Shown piece after piece: positions 9,414 to 19,053 of a stretch of 64,000 bases of DNA (positions are counted from its first letter, which is position 1; every line of letters starts with the position of its first letter). A program made the translations under genes and the position numbers. Origin of the DNA: an uncultured Candidatus Saccharibacteria bacterium (lineage in GTDB: Bacteria; Patescibacteriota; Saccharimonadia; Saccharimonadales; JALRHH01); assembly GCA_964639295.1 (NCBI GenBank), contig CAZXDT010000004.1, positions 11,096-75,095 of the forward strand, given 5' to 3'. The notes under the pieces are model-generated. The model ran no database searches, was not told the origin of the DNA, and worked only from the letters and a program-made list of their open reading frames with translations.

Positions 9414-10859
9414 CTACACGCCGAGTTGTTTTTTGATGAGTTGTTGGGCAAGGCCTGGGTTGGCTTTGCCTTGGGAGAGTTTCATGACTTGGCCTGTGAG
9501 GAATCCTATGGCTTTCATTTCACCATTCTTGACGTCTTCTGCGGCTTTAGGATTATCTGCGAGGACTTTAGCGACTATCTCTGCAATAGCACCTTCGTCT
9601 GATTCCTGAATAAGGTTCTTACTGGTTGCGATTTGCTCTGGATCACCACCATTTGCAAGGAGTTCTGATAGTACCTCCTTGGCTGCAGTTGAACTGAGCT
9701 TGTTGTCGGCAACCATCTGTGACAATGCAATCAGCTGCTCGTCAGTAGCTTTAGCAGAAGTCTGCTCGGATGACTCTGGCTCTTCTGTCTGGGGGTGCAT
9801 CAGCCAAAATGCTACGCGTTTAGCATGTGATGCATCTGCAAGATTGTAAATACGTCCAACCCGCTGAGCAGTCTCTGGTACAGCAATAATGTCTTCTATT
9901 ACTTCGCTGGTAAGTCCAATCTTGGCAAACATGTCACGATAATCGTTTGGTAGAAGTGGCATCTCTGACTTAACTCGAGCGATAAACTCTTCCGTAACAG
10001 TCACAGGTGGTAAATCAGGGTCCGGGAAGTAACGGTAGTCATGGGCATCTTCCTTGGTACGCTGACTGAACGTAGCGAGTTTAGCATCGTCCCAGCCACG
10101 GGTTTCCTGGATAATCTTGTTGCCCTTTTCTAGTTCATCGATCTGGCGATTAACTTCAAATTCCACTGCCTTTTCAACACTACGGAAAGAGTTAAGGTTC
10201 TTGGTCTCTGTACGTGTACCCATATCACCTGATTTGCTCACACTGACGTTTACGTCAAAACGCATGTTGCCGTAGTACAAATTAGCTTCTGAAACATCTG
10301 CGTACTTCATACGGAGGTATAACTCTTTTGCGAAGGCTTTTGCCTCTGCTGCAGAATGCATATCAGGTTCACTTACAATCTCGAGTAAAGGCGTTCCTGC
10401 GCGGTTAAGATCAACAAGGCTATGATCGCCCCCGCTAGGGTGAGTTGATTTACCAGCATCTGCTTCAAGATGCGCACGAGTAATACTCACAATTTTTGGT
10501 GTACCCTCGACTAAGAATTCAATCTGGCCACCAAGAATTATCGGCTGGTCGAACTGGGTGATCTGGTATCCCATAGGAAGGTCTGGGTAGAAATAATGCT
10601 TGCGATCAAATTTACTAAAGTGTTGTGGGACGGTACCTAGGGCAAACGCTGCACGAGCAGCTAGAGGCACTGCCTCGGCATTCAACACAGGTAATGCGCC
10701 TGGCAAACCAAAGTCAATGTGGTTAACTAGTGTGTTTGGCGGCGCCACACGAGCGTCATTATCGGCACCGCTAAACAATTTAGTCTTAGTTTTAAGCTGT
10801 ACGTGACACTCAATACCAATAGTTACGTTGTACTGTTTTTTAAGTTCTGCCGTAGCCAT
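9414..10859 (-). CDS. gatB: Asp/Glu-tRNA amidotransferase subunit B
   Basis: 481 aa with GIECHVQL, DLNRAGTPLLEIVSEPD and a C-terminal GatB_Yqey region. Confidence 0.95.
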   Translation of the reverse strand: MATAELKKQYNVTIGIECHVQLKTKTKLFSGADNDARVAPPNTLVNHIDFGLPGALPVLNAEAVPLAARAAFALGTVPQHFSKFDRKHYFYPDLPMGYQITQFDQPIILGGQIEFLVEGTPKIVSITRAHLEADAGKSTHPSGGDHSLVDLNRAGTPLLEIVSEPDMHSAAEAKAFAKELYLRMKYADVSEANLYYGNMRFDVNVSVSKSGDMGTRTETKNLNSFRSVEKAVEFEVNRQIDELEKGNKIIQETRGWDDAKLATFSQRTKEDAHDYRYFPDPDLPPVTVTEEFIARVKSEMPLLPNDYRDMFAKIGLTSEVIEDIIAVPETAQRVGRIYNLADASHAKRVAFWLMHPQTEEPESSEQTSAKATDEQLIALSQMVADNKLSSTAAKEVLSELLANGGDPEQIATSKNLIQESDEGAIAEIVAKVLADNPKAAEDVKNGEMKAIGFLTGQVMKLSQGKANPGLAQQLIKKQLGV

Positions 10860-11308
10860 TACTTCTTGACCTCTTCTGCTGGTGCTGTAGGTTCTGCAAC
10901 ATTCAACGCGCCTATATCCTTAAGCGCCTGACGGAAACCAATCAACGCAGTCTTCACGTCGGCTTCCTTAAGCCTAGTCTTTGGGTCAGCAATGATCTTT
11001 TTTGCCAGATTGTGAGCAAACCACAGACGATCATTATCGGTTATAGCTCGCTGGGCGGAAACCATACGCTCACCCATGCTCTTGCCCTTGAATTTACGAC
11101 GCTTGAGCGCCTTATCTAGCAGTTTGTCTGCCTCGGCAAGTGCTTGTGGCCACGTTGCTTTATCGCGGCAATAGCCCTGAAGTTCCTTCCAATCACCAAG
11201 AAACTGGTCAACTTTTAGCTTCTTAGGAATGCGTCGGTATACAAGACTACCAACTATAAGCAACGCAGCAATGCCTACACAAAGACTCACTAGTAATCCT
11301 ATGTTCAT
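10859..11308 (-). CDS. Hypothetical single-pass membrane protein embedded in the gatCAB operon
   Basis: 149 aa with an N-terminal transmembrane helix (IGLLVSLCVGIAALLIVGSLV) and a basic helical remainder. It overlaps the gatA stop by 4 nt and the gatB start by 1 nt. Confidence 0.6.
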   Translation of the reverse strand: MNIGLLVSLCVGIAALLIVGSLVYRRIPKKLKVDQFLGDWKELQGYCRDKATWPQALAEADKLLDKALKRRKFKGKSMGERMVSAQRAITDNDRLWFAHNLAKKIIADPKTRLKEADVKTALIGFRQALKDIGALNVAEPTAPAEEVKK

Positions 11309-12711
11309 ATAATTGCCTCCGTTGCGGCGGAAAATCCTAATAGTGCGCGGTCGGCACGTTGTGGTGCAATAATCTGTATTCCGACCGGCATACTATCTAC
11401 GGTTCCTGCAGGGATGCTGATAGCAGGAACGCCTGCAAGGTTAACAGCTACAGTCATAATGTCAGTTAGGTACATCTTAAGTGGATCCTCACTGTTCTCG
11501 CCAATTTTGAAGGCAATTTCCGGTGCTGTCGGGCCAACCAAAAAATCAACTTTATTGAAAGCTTCAGCAAATTCGTTAATAAGCTTAGTGCGTACTGTCT
11601 GTGCTTTTTTGTAGTAAGCATCGTAATAACCACTACTCAGTACATATGTGCCAATGATAATACGGCGCTTAGCCTCCTTGCCAAATCCAGTTTCTCGCGA
11701 TTTGATGTAGCTGTCAGTGAGATCCGTTGCATCATTAGCGCTAAAGCCAAAACGCTGACCGTCATAACGACTAAGATTACTACTGACTTCTGCGGGGCAA
11801 ATGATGTAGTAAACGGCTAGTGCAAGTGGTAACGAGGGTAAACTAACCTCTACGATTTCAGCACCAGCAGACTTGAGCTTAGCTATAGCTTGCTCAATCT
11901 GAGCTTTGACAGCCGGATCAACACCCTCACTCATATATTCTTTAATGACACCAACCCTAGTCTGCTCAACCTTGATATGAGCATCCAGGTAGCCGTGTTC
12001 GTTACGGTCAATAGTTGTACTATCGAGTTCATCCTTGCCGGACATTACGTCCAATACTAACGCTGTGTCATCGACAGTACGGGTCAACGGACCAATTACG
12101 TCAGTACTGCTCGCCATCGCAACAACTCCACTACGGCTAACAAGCCCATATGTAGGTTTATACCCCACACAACCTGTGAAACTTGCAGGTAAACGAATTG
12201 AGCCACCTGTATCAGTACCCAAGGCAAATGGGGCCAATTCTAATACAACGGCAGCTGCGGAACCGCCAGAAGAGCCACCCGGAACACGTGTTTCGTCATG
12301 TGGGTTTTTGGTGGTAAAGAAATCTGAATTTTCCGTACTACTTCCATGCGCAAATGCATCTAAGTTAGCCTTAGCAACACAAATTGCGCCTTCGGCTTCT
12401 AGACGCTCGATAGCTGTTGACTGATAGGGAGCATTAAAGCCCTTTAAGATGTTACTTGCAGCCGTGGTTTCTGCGCCAAATACCAGGAAGTTATCCTTGG
12501 CTATAAACGGTACTCCCGCTAAACGGCCTTTATTATCACCTGCATCGATCGCCTTCGCCCGTTCACGAGCTCGTTCTGCCGTGGTAGCAATAATAGACTT
12601 AAATGAATCTTTTTCAGCAATAAGTGCTAGTGATTTTTCAACGAGGTCAGTAGCTTTCAGTTCACCACTCTGTACTTTGGCGGCAATAGTAGCAATGGGA
12701 TCCCAAGCCAT
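11305..12711 (-). CDS. gatA: Asp/Glu-tRNA amidotransferase subunit A
   Basis: 468 aa with the amidase signature GGSSGGSAAAV and TDTGGSIRLPASF. Confidence 0.95.
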   Translation of the reverse strand: MAWDPIATIAAKVQSGELKATDLVEKSLALIAEKDSFKSIIATTAERARERAKAIDAGDNKGRLAGVPFIAKDNFLVFGAETTAASNILKGFNAPYQSTAIERLEAEGAICVAKANLDAFAHGSSTENSDFFTTKNPHDETRVPGGSSGGSAAAVVLELAPFALGTDTGGSIRLPASFTGCVGYKPTYGLVSRSGVVAMASSTDVIGPLTRTVDDTALVLDVMSGKDELDSTTIDRNEHGYLDAHIKVEQTRVGVIKEYMSEGVDPAVKAQIEQAIAKLKSAGAEIVEVSLPSLPLALAVYYIICPAEVSSNLSRYDGQRFGFSANDATDLTDSYIKSRETGFGKEAKRRIIIGTYVLSSGYYDAYYKKAQTVRTKLINEFAEAFNKVDFLVGPTAPEIAFKIGENSEDPLKMYLTDIMTVAVNLAGVPAISIPAGTVDSMPVGIQIIAPQRADRALLGFSAATEAII

Positions 12712-13004
12712 TAGCCAATCATCCTTTTGACTTTAATTTGATTGTTTTCGGTTGTTGGTACGTTCTTAAGTAGATCAAGTGGCTCGTAGCCATAGTCTTT
12801 TACCTCATCAGAACGAGTAACGTTTGTAAGGCCGGTTACTTGGCTAGTTGGCTCAAGCCCGTCAATGTCAACAGAGCCAAGCTGTTCGACATATTGAAGA
12901 ATAGCCGTAAGTTCTGTGCTGAACTCTGTGACTTCATCGTCAGTAAGCCCTAGCCTCGAAAGCTGGGCCAATTTTAAGATATCTTCTCGCGATAGTTGTG
13001 CCAT
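12711..13004 (-). CDS. gatC: Asp/Glu-tRNA amidotransferase subunit C
   Basis: 97 aa with LAQLSRLGLTDDEV...ILQYVEQL. It overlaps the gatA start by 1 nt. Confidence 0.9.
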   Translation of the reverse strand: MAQLSREDILKLAQLSRLGLTDDEVTEFSTELTAILQYVEQLGSVDIDGLEPTSQVTGLTNVTRSDEVKDYGYEPLDLLKNVPTTENNQIKVKRMIG

Positions 13005-13180
13005 TTCCCAACAGTATACCAGTAAGTGCCTCTTGAATTCCAGAGGTCAACTAATCCAATTTATACCGCTAATGATATATCCAGAGGATATTTATACTTA
13101 AAACAAAATCTCTATTTACAATCCCAAACAAAGGAATATGATTGTGCTTAAGATATATAATCACCCTAAACAGAGGCAAT

Positions 13181-14149
13181 ATGAGTATTCAAACTGTACC
13201 AGAAGCGATCACTGCAGCTAATGTTATTCCACTTTTTGAACCAAAGCCCGAAATCGAAACATTCACTGACCAAGGTAGCCGCAAGATCGGTGGTGCAACC
13301 GTACACTTTACGGTTGAGCAACCTGCTAATCCTGAACATATAGAAAGTGACACCGCTTTTGTAATCGCTCATGGCATCTGTGGGATAGAAGATGCGTATG
13401 TGGACCTTCGTCATACATTGGCACAAAACGGCTACCGTGCAATTACCTACAAACCGCCTCGTGCAAGTGGTGCAACTGGCTACCACCCAAAGCACTTCAC
13501 TCACCCAGAAAAATTACTTGGGCAAGCCGTATATGGCTCAATGATGGGAGCACGCGAACAATTTGGTTATGATAAGTTTGTTATTGCCGCACACTCCCTG
13601 GGTGGTTTATCTACAAAATCACTTATCGACCACCATGGTGACGCTAGTAGTGAACTGGTGGAAAGCATTATGCTTATGGACACCGTTGGTCTACACCCTC
13701 ACAACTTACAGCAAACAGGTAAAGACTTCCTCAAAATGATCAAAACACAGATCCCACCATTTATTGCAGATCGTTTAGCGAGTGATGGTATGAGCAAGCT
13801 GCTTCATGCTGCTGCAGCCGAGGTACACTATTTAGGACGTGACCCAACACGATTTTTCAGAGAAGCCTGGAAGGCCAAAAATACTCTACACAGTGATATG
13901 ACAGAAACACTGGGGTATGCCCGGGATATACTTGGTATCCGAATTGGTTACCTAGGCATGACCGGATCGGTAGTATTTTCTACAGAAAAAGCCCTAGAAC
14001 ACAGTGGTGATTACTTCGATGAATACAGGATCCGCGATAATGATCATTTAGGTCCTATGAACGACCCAGAAGGTACCGCCACGGATCTGATAGACATGGC
14101 CACGATCTTTGCAGCGCAACCAAAAACCCATCTTACTCTTACGACTTAG
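13181..14149 (+). CDS. Alpha/beta-fold hydrolase
   Basis: Nucleophile elbow AAHSLGG. I prefer the ATG at 13181 (MSIQTV) over the TTG at 13142 given in the ORF track. Confidence 0.7.
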   Translation: MSIQTVPEAITAANVIPLFEPKPEIETFTDQGSRKIGGATVHFTVEQPANPEHIESDTAFVIAHGICGIEDAYVDLRHTLAQNGYRAITYKPPRASGATGYHPKHFTHPEKLLGQAVYGSMMGAREQFGYDKFVIAAHSLGGLSTKSLIDHHGDASSELVESIMLMDTVGLHPHNLQQTGKDFLKMIKTQIPPFIADRLASDGMSKLLHAAAAEVHYLGRDPTRFFREAWKAKNTLHSDMTETLGYARDILGIRIGYLGMTGSVVFSTEKALEHSGDYFDEYRIRDNDHLGPMNDPEGTATDLIDMATIFAAQPKTHLTLTT

Positions 14150-14153
14150 GCAA

Positions 14154-16118
14154 CTAGATTTTAGATTTGATATCGGCGATGATGTCGCGTAGTTCTGCGG
14201 CTTTTTCGAATTCTAAGTTTTGTGATGCAAGGTCCATCTGACCTTCTAGGTCTTTAATGAGGTGTTTGTATTCATCTTTTGGAATCTTCTTGAGGTTAAG
14301 TTTGGCTGTCTTGGCCTCTTCTGGTAGATCTGGACGCATACCCTTCTCAATAGACCTACTAATACCTGTTGGTGTAATACCGTGTTTAGTATTGTATGTT
14401 TCTTGAATTTTACGGCGACGTACTGTTTCATCAAGCGTAGCTTGCATACTCTTTGTCACCCTGTCCGCATACATAATAACGCGCCCTTCCTCATGGCGAG
14501 CGGCGCGACCAACTGTCTGAATAAGCGCCTGCTCGCTTCGTAGAAAGCCTTCTTTGTCCGCATCAAGAATTGCCACCAGGCTCACTTCCGGAAGGTCTAA
14601 GCCTTCTCGTAGCAAGTTAATACCCACAACTACGTCGTAAACACCAAGACGCAGATCACGTAGTATATCCGTTCTATCAAGCGTATCAACATCACTGTGA
14701 AGGTACGTGACCTTTATATTGATTTCCTGCAGATACTCAGTCAGGTCTTCTGACATTCGTTTCGTTAAGGTTGTTACGAGAACACGTTGTTTCTTGGCAA
14801 TCGTATCTCGAATCTCTGCAATTAGGTCATCAATCTGGCCCTCAATTGGGCGGATTTCAATCGGTGGGTCAAGCAAACCTGTCGGACGAATAACTTGCTC
14901 GGCTGGCGGTGGTGTACGTGTCAGTTCATACTGTGCCGGTGTCGCTGATACATAAATAACTTGGTTCACGTGTTTTTCGTATTCAGTAAATGTTAGCGGG
15001 CGATTATCAAGCGCACTCGGCAATCGAAACCCGTGTTCTACCAATACCTCCTTACGGGCTCGATCGCCATTATACATTCCGCGAATTTGTGGCATTGTCA
15101 TGTGTGACTCATCAACCAACATCAGATAGTCATCTGGGAAATAATCAAGTAATGTCGCTGGCTGTTCTCCCGGCTCACGGTTAGTCAGGTAGCGACTGTA
15201 GTTTTCAATCCCCTTTACAAAGCCCGTCTGCTCTAGCATTTCTAGATCAAATCGAGTTCTCTGCCCAAGACGCTGTGCCTCTAGTAACTTACCTTGTTTC
15301 TTGAATTCCTTAAGGCGCTGATCTAGTTCATTCTCGATGTTACCCAGAGCAACTTTAAGTTTCTCTTGTGGGGTCACATAGTGACTACTTGGAAATACTC
15401 TTAGTTCATCTAAGTTGGCTTCAATCTCACCGGTGAGTGGATTGATTTTAGTAATACGGTCAATCTCGTCACCAAAAAATTCAATACGATATGCCACTTC
15501 TTCACTAGCCGGAAAGACGTCAACCACGTCACCGCGAACACGGAAGGTACCACGATGGAAATCAATATCATTACGCTGATACTGAATATCTGTCAGCTGG
15601 CGGAGAAACTTATCGCGGACACGGCGTTCGCCTCGAGTAGCTACTACGGCCATGTCGCCGTAATCTTCTACCGATCCAATACCGTAGATACAACTAACAC
15701 TCGCAACGATAATAACGTCTTTACGCGTAAGCAGGGCGTCAGTCGCAGCATGGCGAAGTCGATCAATCTCTTCGTTGATCTGGCTGTCCTTTTCAATAAA
15801 AGTATCAGAACGGGCTATATATGCTTCTGGCTGGTAGTAGTCGAAGTAACTCACAAAATAATGTACTGCATTGTTTGGGAAGAATTTCTTGAATTCTCCA
15901 TACAGCTGTGCGGCCAAGGTTTTGTTGTGACTCAAAACCAATGTTGGTCGTTGTACGTTGTTAATTACGTTCGCCATGGTAAACGTCTTACCGGAGCCTG
16001 TTACACCAAGTAGCGTCTGCTCTTTCTCACCAGAAATAAGACCATTCGTCAGCTGCTTAATAGCAGTCGGTTGGTCACCTAAGGGTTTATAGTCAGATGC
16101 TAGCTCGAATTTAGTCAT
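14154..16118 (-). CDS. uvrB: Excinuclease ABC subunit B
   Basis: 654 aa with Walker [13 protein letters not shown] helicase motifs and a C-terminal UVR domain (FEKAAELRD). Confidence 0.95.
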   Translation of the reverse strand: MTKFELASDYKPLGDQPTAIKQLTNGLISGEKEQTLLGVTGSGKTFTMANVINNVQRPTLVLSHNKTLAAQLYGEFKKFFPNNAVHYFVSYFDYYQPEAYIARSDTFIEKDSQINEEIDRLRHAATDALLTRKDVIIVASVSCIYGIGSVEDYGDMAVVATRGERRVRDKFLRQLTDIQYQRNDIDFHRGTFRVRGDVVDVFPASEEVAYRIEFFGDEIDRITKINPLTGEIEANLDELRVFPSSHYVTPQEKLKVALGNIENELDQRLKEFKKQGKLLEAQRLGQRTRFDLEMLEQTGFVKGIENYSRYLTNREPGEQPATLLDYFPDDYLMLVDESHMTMPQIRGMYNGDRARKEVLVEHGFRLPSALDNRPLTFTEYEKHVNQVIYVSATPAQYELTRTPPPAEQVIRPTGLLDPPIEIRPIEGQIDDLIAEIRDTIAKKQRVLVTTLTKRMSEDLTEYLQEINIKVTYLHSDVDTLDRTDILRDLRLGVYDVVVGINLLREGLDLPEVSLVAILDADKEGFLRSEQALIQTVGRAARHEEGRVIMYADRVTKSMQATLDETVRRRKIQETYNTKHGITPTGISRSIEKGMRPDLPEEAKTAKLNLKKIPKDEYKHLIKDLEGQMDLASQNLEFEKAAELRDIIADIKSKI

Positions 16119-16145
16119 CCTAATATTGTAACAAGAGTTGAGATT

Positions 16146-16709
16146 CTATTTAAATAGTTCTTTGTAGCGTTGGTTACGGATATCCAAGAGAGCGGTTAAT
16201 CTAGCGACGAGATCTTCTGGGTTATCGCTGAAAACGACGTTTTCACTACGAGATTCGCCTGCAGCGTGGAGAATGTCCATAATCTCTGTACTAACACCGC
16301 CAGCACCCTGTAAGAAACCAATTGGCGTATCGGTTTCCATGGCAATAGTAAACTCGTGGAGCGTGCCCAAGCGGCCACCAATACTAATGACTGCATCACT
16401 AGAGTTAATGAGTAGCGTGTCCCGGCCGATATAGTGCAGCCCAGAGTATAGAATTGCGTCATACGCTTCTGTTGGTAGTCGATATTTCAAAACATGCTCT
16501 ATCTTACTCGCGGCAGGGCTAATTCCCAGGCTCATAGAACCACCAGCCTTTTTATAAGCTTCTGCGGCGTAGTTGGGTAGACCGACGGTCGCACCACTTA
16601 GTAAGCTTTGCCCAGCCTCAGCTAGAGCCTTACCTGCAGCACGAGCTAATTCCTTGCCCTCTTCAACACTCTGGCCCTTGGCCGCGCCCGATACGCAAAT
16701 TTGATACAC
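16146..16709 (-). CDS. LOG-family / TIGR00725-type Rossmann protein (SLOG superfamily)
   Basis: 187 aa with N-terminal VSGAAKG and the LOG-type motif IGGRLGTLHE. Confidence 0.75.
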   Translation of the reverse strand: MYQICVSGAAKGQSVEEGKELARAAGKALAEAGQSLLSGATVGLPNYAAEAYKKAGGSMSLGISPAASKIEHVLKYRLPTEAYDAILYSGLHYIGRDTLLINSSDAVISIGGRLGTLHEFTIAMETDTPIGFLQGAGGVSTEIMDILHAAGESRSENVVFSDNPEDLVARLTALLDIRNQRYKELFK

Positions 16710-17966
16710 TTACAATCTCCCTTTCAGTCCGATGGCCAATATTTCTGGTTCTATCATCTCATTATCTAATTGTTTTAACACCTGTTTTTCTAGGGTTTTC
16801 TCACCTAAATACCGCATATATATCTCATTCCACAGGCTATCTCTGAAATGATGTACAGATTGCTGGCCATACGCTAGATCATTCACGTAACTCACCGCCA
16901 TATCCATGAGGTTAAACGACACTGGTCGGCCATCAAATTCCACAGCTACATAGTCAATGTCATGCCAGAAGTGCAGCGCAGGTTCAAGCCGATACAGCGT
17001 TTCTTCCGTCTTACGCCACAATAGGTCATCTGGTTCAACATGTGGCTCAAAGATATCAGGGTGCTCACTTGCGTCTTTAGTGCCAAAGTGGCGATGAATA
17101 ACGCGCCAATGGACGTGCTGCCCGCCAATATTAGCGTGCTTACCATGATCACCAATTAATGTATTGACCAAGATAGAACTAAAGTCAGACCGCACTTGCT
17201 GCATCTTGAAGAATGAACTGTACAAACGTATTTCGTTCACGTAATGGAGGAGAAGCGGCAGTGCAGTGATCGTTATACCAGGCATACGCTCAATCGGCAT
17301 AGGTAACATTAAGATAACACCCAGCTCTTTGAGGTGTGTGATGTTATGACGCTTGTTTTTAACAAACTTGCCAGCCGAATCACTCCACTTGCTTGGTGTG
17401 ACGTGAATAATCTCAATATTACGAACTTCAAAGTCAGTTGGATGTAACGTTTTGTATGAGCCTATGAATCGGTCAAACCACTCTGGAGACTCCAAGAATC
17501 GCATCGCGCCGTAGATTTCCCCAACGGGCTCGCGCTTGAGCATAGAATCAATAGATCGGTAGCCAAGTTGTTTCATTACCTTCTTCGGTGGCATAGCCTT
17601 AAGGAGTCGTTTGGCGACACTATGCTTGAGGAGCCAGGCTTTCTTCGGTACATCAAGTGCCTCTACAACTTCTTTTATTCTGGCAAGCATTTTCTGCACG
17701 TCTTCTGGGTCTTCCCCACCAATCCGCTCAGCCAAGAAAGCATCATGTGTTTTCACGAGATTAAATAGTGCCCTATATAGCTCCCGGCCAGTTGTGTCGC
17801 TAGGATCAAGACCTAGTGAACGCATTTTGAGGTGAACCTTGCCTATAATCTCTGCTGTCAGTCGAACATCAACACTAGTGTTACCGCTGGCCTGCTCTAG
17901 CTGTTTGATAGCCATGCTAAAGAGGGGTTCTTCAGCGGCTAGCAACTCAGACAGCACTCGTGTCAT
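16710..17966 (-). CDS. Hypothetical protein with no recognisable family
   Basis: 418-aa uninterrupted ORF, soluble-looking and His-rich in its C-terminal half. It abuts both neighbours with 0-nt gaps. Confidence 0.6.
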   Translation of the reverse strand: MTRVLSELLAAEEPLFSMAIKQLEQASGNTSVDVRLTAEIIGKVHLKMRSLGLDPSDTTGRELYRALFNLVKTHDAFLAERIGGEDPEDVQKMLARIKEVVEALDVPKKAWLLKHSVAKRLLKAMPPKKVMKQLGYRSIDSMLKREPVGEIYGAMRFLESPEWFDRFIGSYKTLHPTDFEVRNIEIIHVTPSKWSDSAGKFVKNKRHNITHLKELGVILMLPMPIERMPGITITALPLLLHYVNEIRLYSSFFKMQQVRSDFSSILVNTLIGDHGKHANIGGQHVHWRVIHRHFGTKDASEHPDIFEPHVEPDDLLWRKTEETLYRLEPALHFWHDIDYVAVEFDGRPVSFNLMDMAVSYVNDLAYGQQSVHHFRDSLWNEIYMRYLGEKTLEKQVLKQLDNEMIEPEILAIGLKGRL

Positions 17967-18971
17967 TTAGAATCTTTCTGGTTTGTACCATTCTGGTGCA
18001 GCTTTAAGTAGCTCACCTAGTTCGTTCTCCGTAAGAAGTCCTGCTTGAGCACCGACTTTTTGTACGACGTTCATTGAGTTAATCGGAGCCCACTGTAATG
18101 CACCCTCAATGGTGTTACCTTTTATGATTGAAGCTACAAATGTAGAGGCAAAAGCATCGCCTGCGCCAGTTCGTTCTACTGGTGGAGCTGGATCTGGGTA
18201 CAGGGGCATCTTGAATCGGTTTTCGCCATCACTTGCATATGCACCAGCTGGGCCATCTGTGATTACAACAATCTTAACGCCTAGTTGGTGGAATCTGTTA
18301 AATAAGTCATGAATGTCGTCATAGCTACCGCCAGATACGTATACCGCTTCTTCGCGGTTCAGTACTAGCACTTCTGTGCGAGCATATAAGCGCTTCAGTC
18401 GCTCAACACCTGCTTCCATCTGGAAGGTACCTGGCTGGAAGGCCAGCTTAATATCAGGATTCTCCTCAAGCCAGTCAGCAACGTGATCATGGTAGTTGTC
18501 GAGTGCAAGCTTACTAATAGAGCTAAAGTATACCCATTTTGGTTCGTCTGCCTCGCGGAAGCGCGGCCATTGGTAATCATATTCTTCGTGCTTGATAAGA
18601 ATGGTTCGCTCTTCTTTGTACCAAAGAACATAGTGGTAGTTACTGGTTTTCTTTGGGTTAACATGAACAAATCGGCTGTCGACATCTCTGTCATGTAAGG
18701 CCTTAATCATGTCACGCCCATGGTCATCTGATCCCACATTAGATACTAATCCACTATTAAGCCCAAGTCGTGCGAATGCAACAGCTGCGTTACTGGCATT
18801 ACCGACAGCTTCAATAACCTCTGCATGGTCAAATGGGATCTTAGTACCAAACGGCATTGCAAGCCATTTGCCCTTGTCGTTCTCGTATGTCGTAGCGCGG
18901 TCATCAAGCAACTTAATAAACGCATCGGTTACGACATCGCCGATACTCAGCACATCCAGTTTTTGACTCAT
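17967..18971 (-). CDS. PfkB/ribokinase-family sugar or nucleoside kinase
   Basis: 334 aa with the PfkB signature TGAGDAFASTF near the C-terminus and N-terminal LSIGDVVTD. A GGTGG Shine-Dalgarno sequence lies upstream. Confidence 0.85.
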   Translation of the reverse strand: MSQKLDVLSIGDVVTDAFIKLLDDRATTYENDKGKWLAMPFGTKIPFDHAEVIEAVGNASNAAVAFARLGLNSGLVSNVGSDDHGRDMIKALHDRDVDSRFVHVNPKKTSNYHYVLWYKEERTILIKHEEYDYQWPRFREADEPKWVYFSSISKLALDNYHDHVADWLEENPDIKLAFQPGTFQMEAGVERLKRLYARTEVLVLNREEAVYVSGGSYDDIHDLFNRFHQLGVKIVVITDGPAGAYASDGENRFKMPLYPDPAPPVERTGAGDAFASTFVASIIKGNTIEGALQWAPINSMNVVQKVGAQAGLLTENELGELLKAAPEWYKPERF

Positions 18972-19009
18972 CCCACCACCTTCAAATTTACTAGCTTATG
19001 TTTTGCTCA

Positions 19010-19039
19010 ATTATGGCACAGCTACCGATGTTTTGGCAA
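19010..19039 (-). promoter_or_regulatory. Candidate sigma70-type promoter for the pfkB operon
   Basis: On the minus strand: TTGCCA (19039..19034), an 18-nt spacer and CATAAT (19015..19010) preceded by TGC (extended -10-like). Confidence 0.4.
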
Positions 19040-19053
19040 TACGCTTATGTCTA

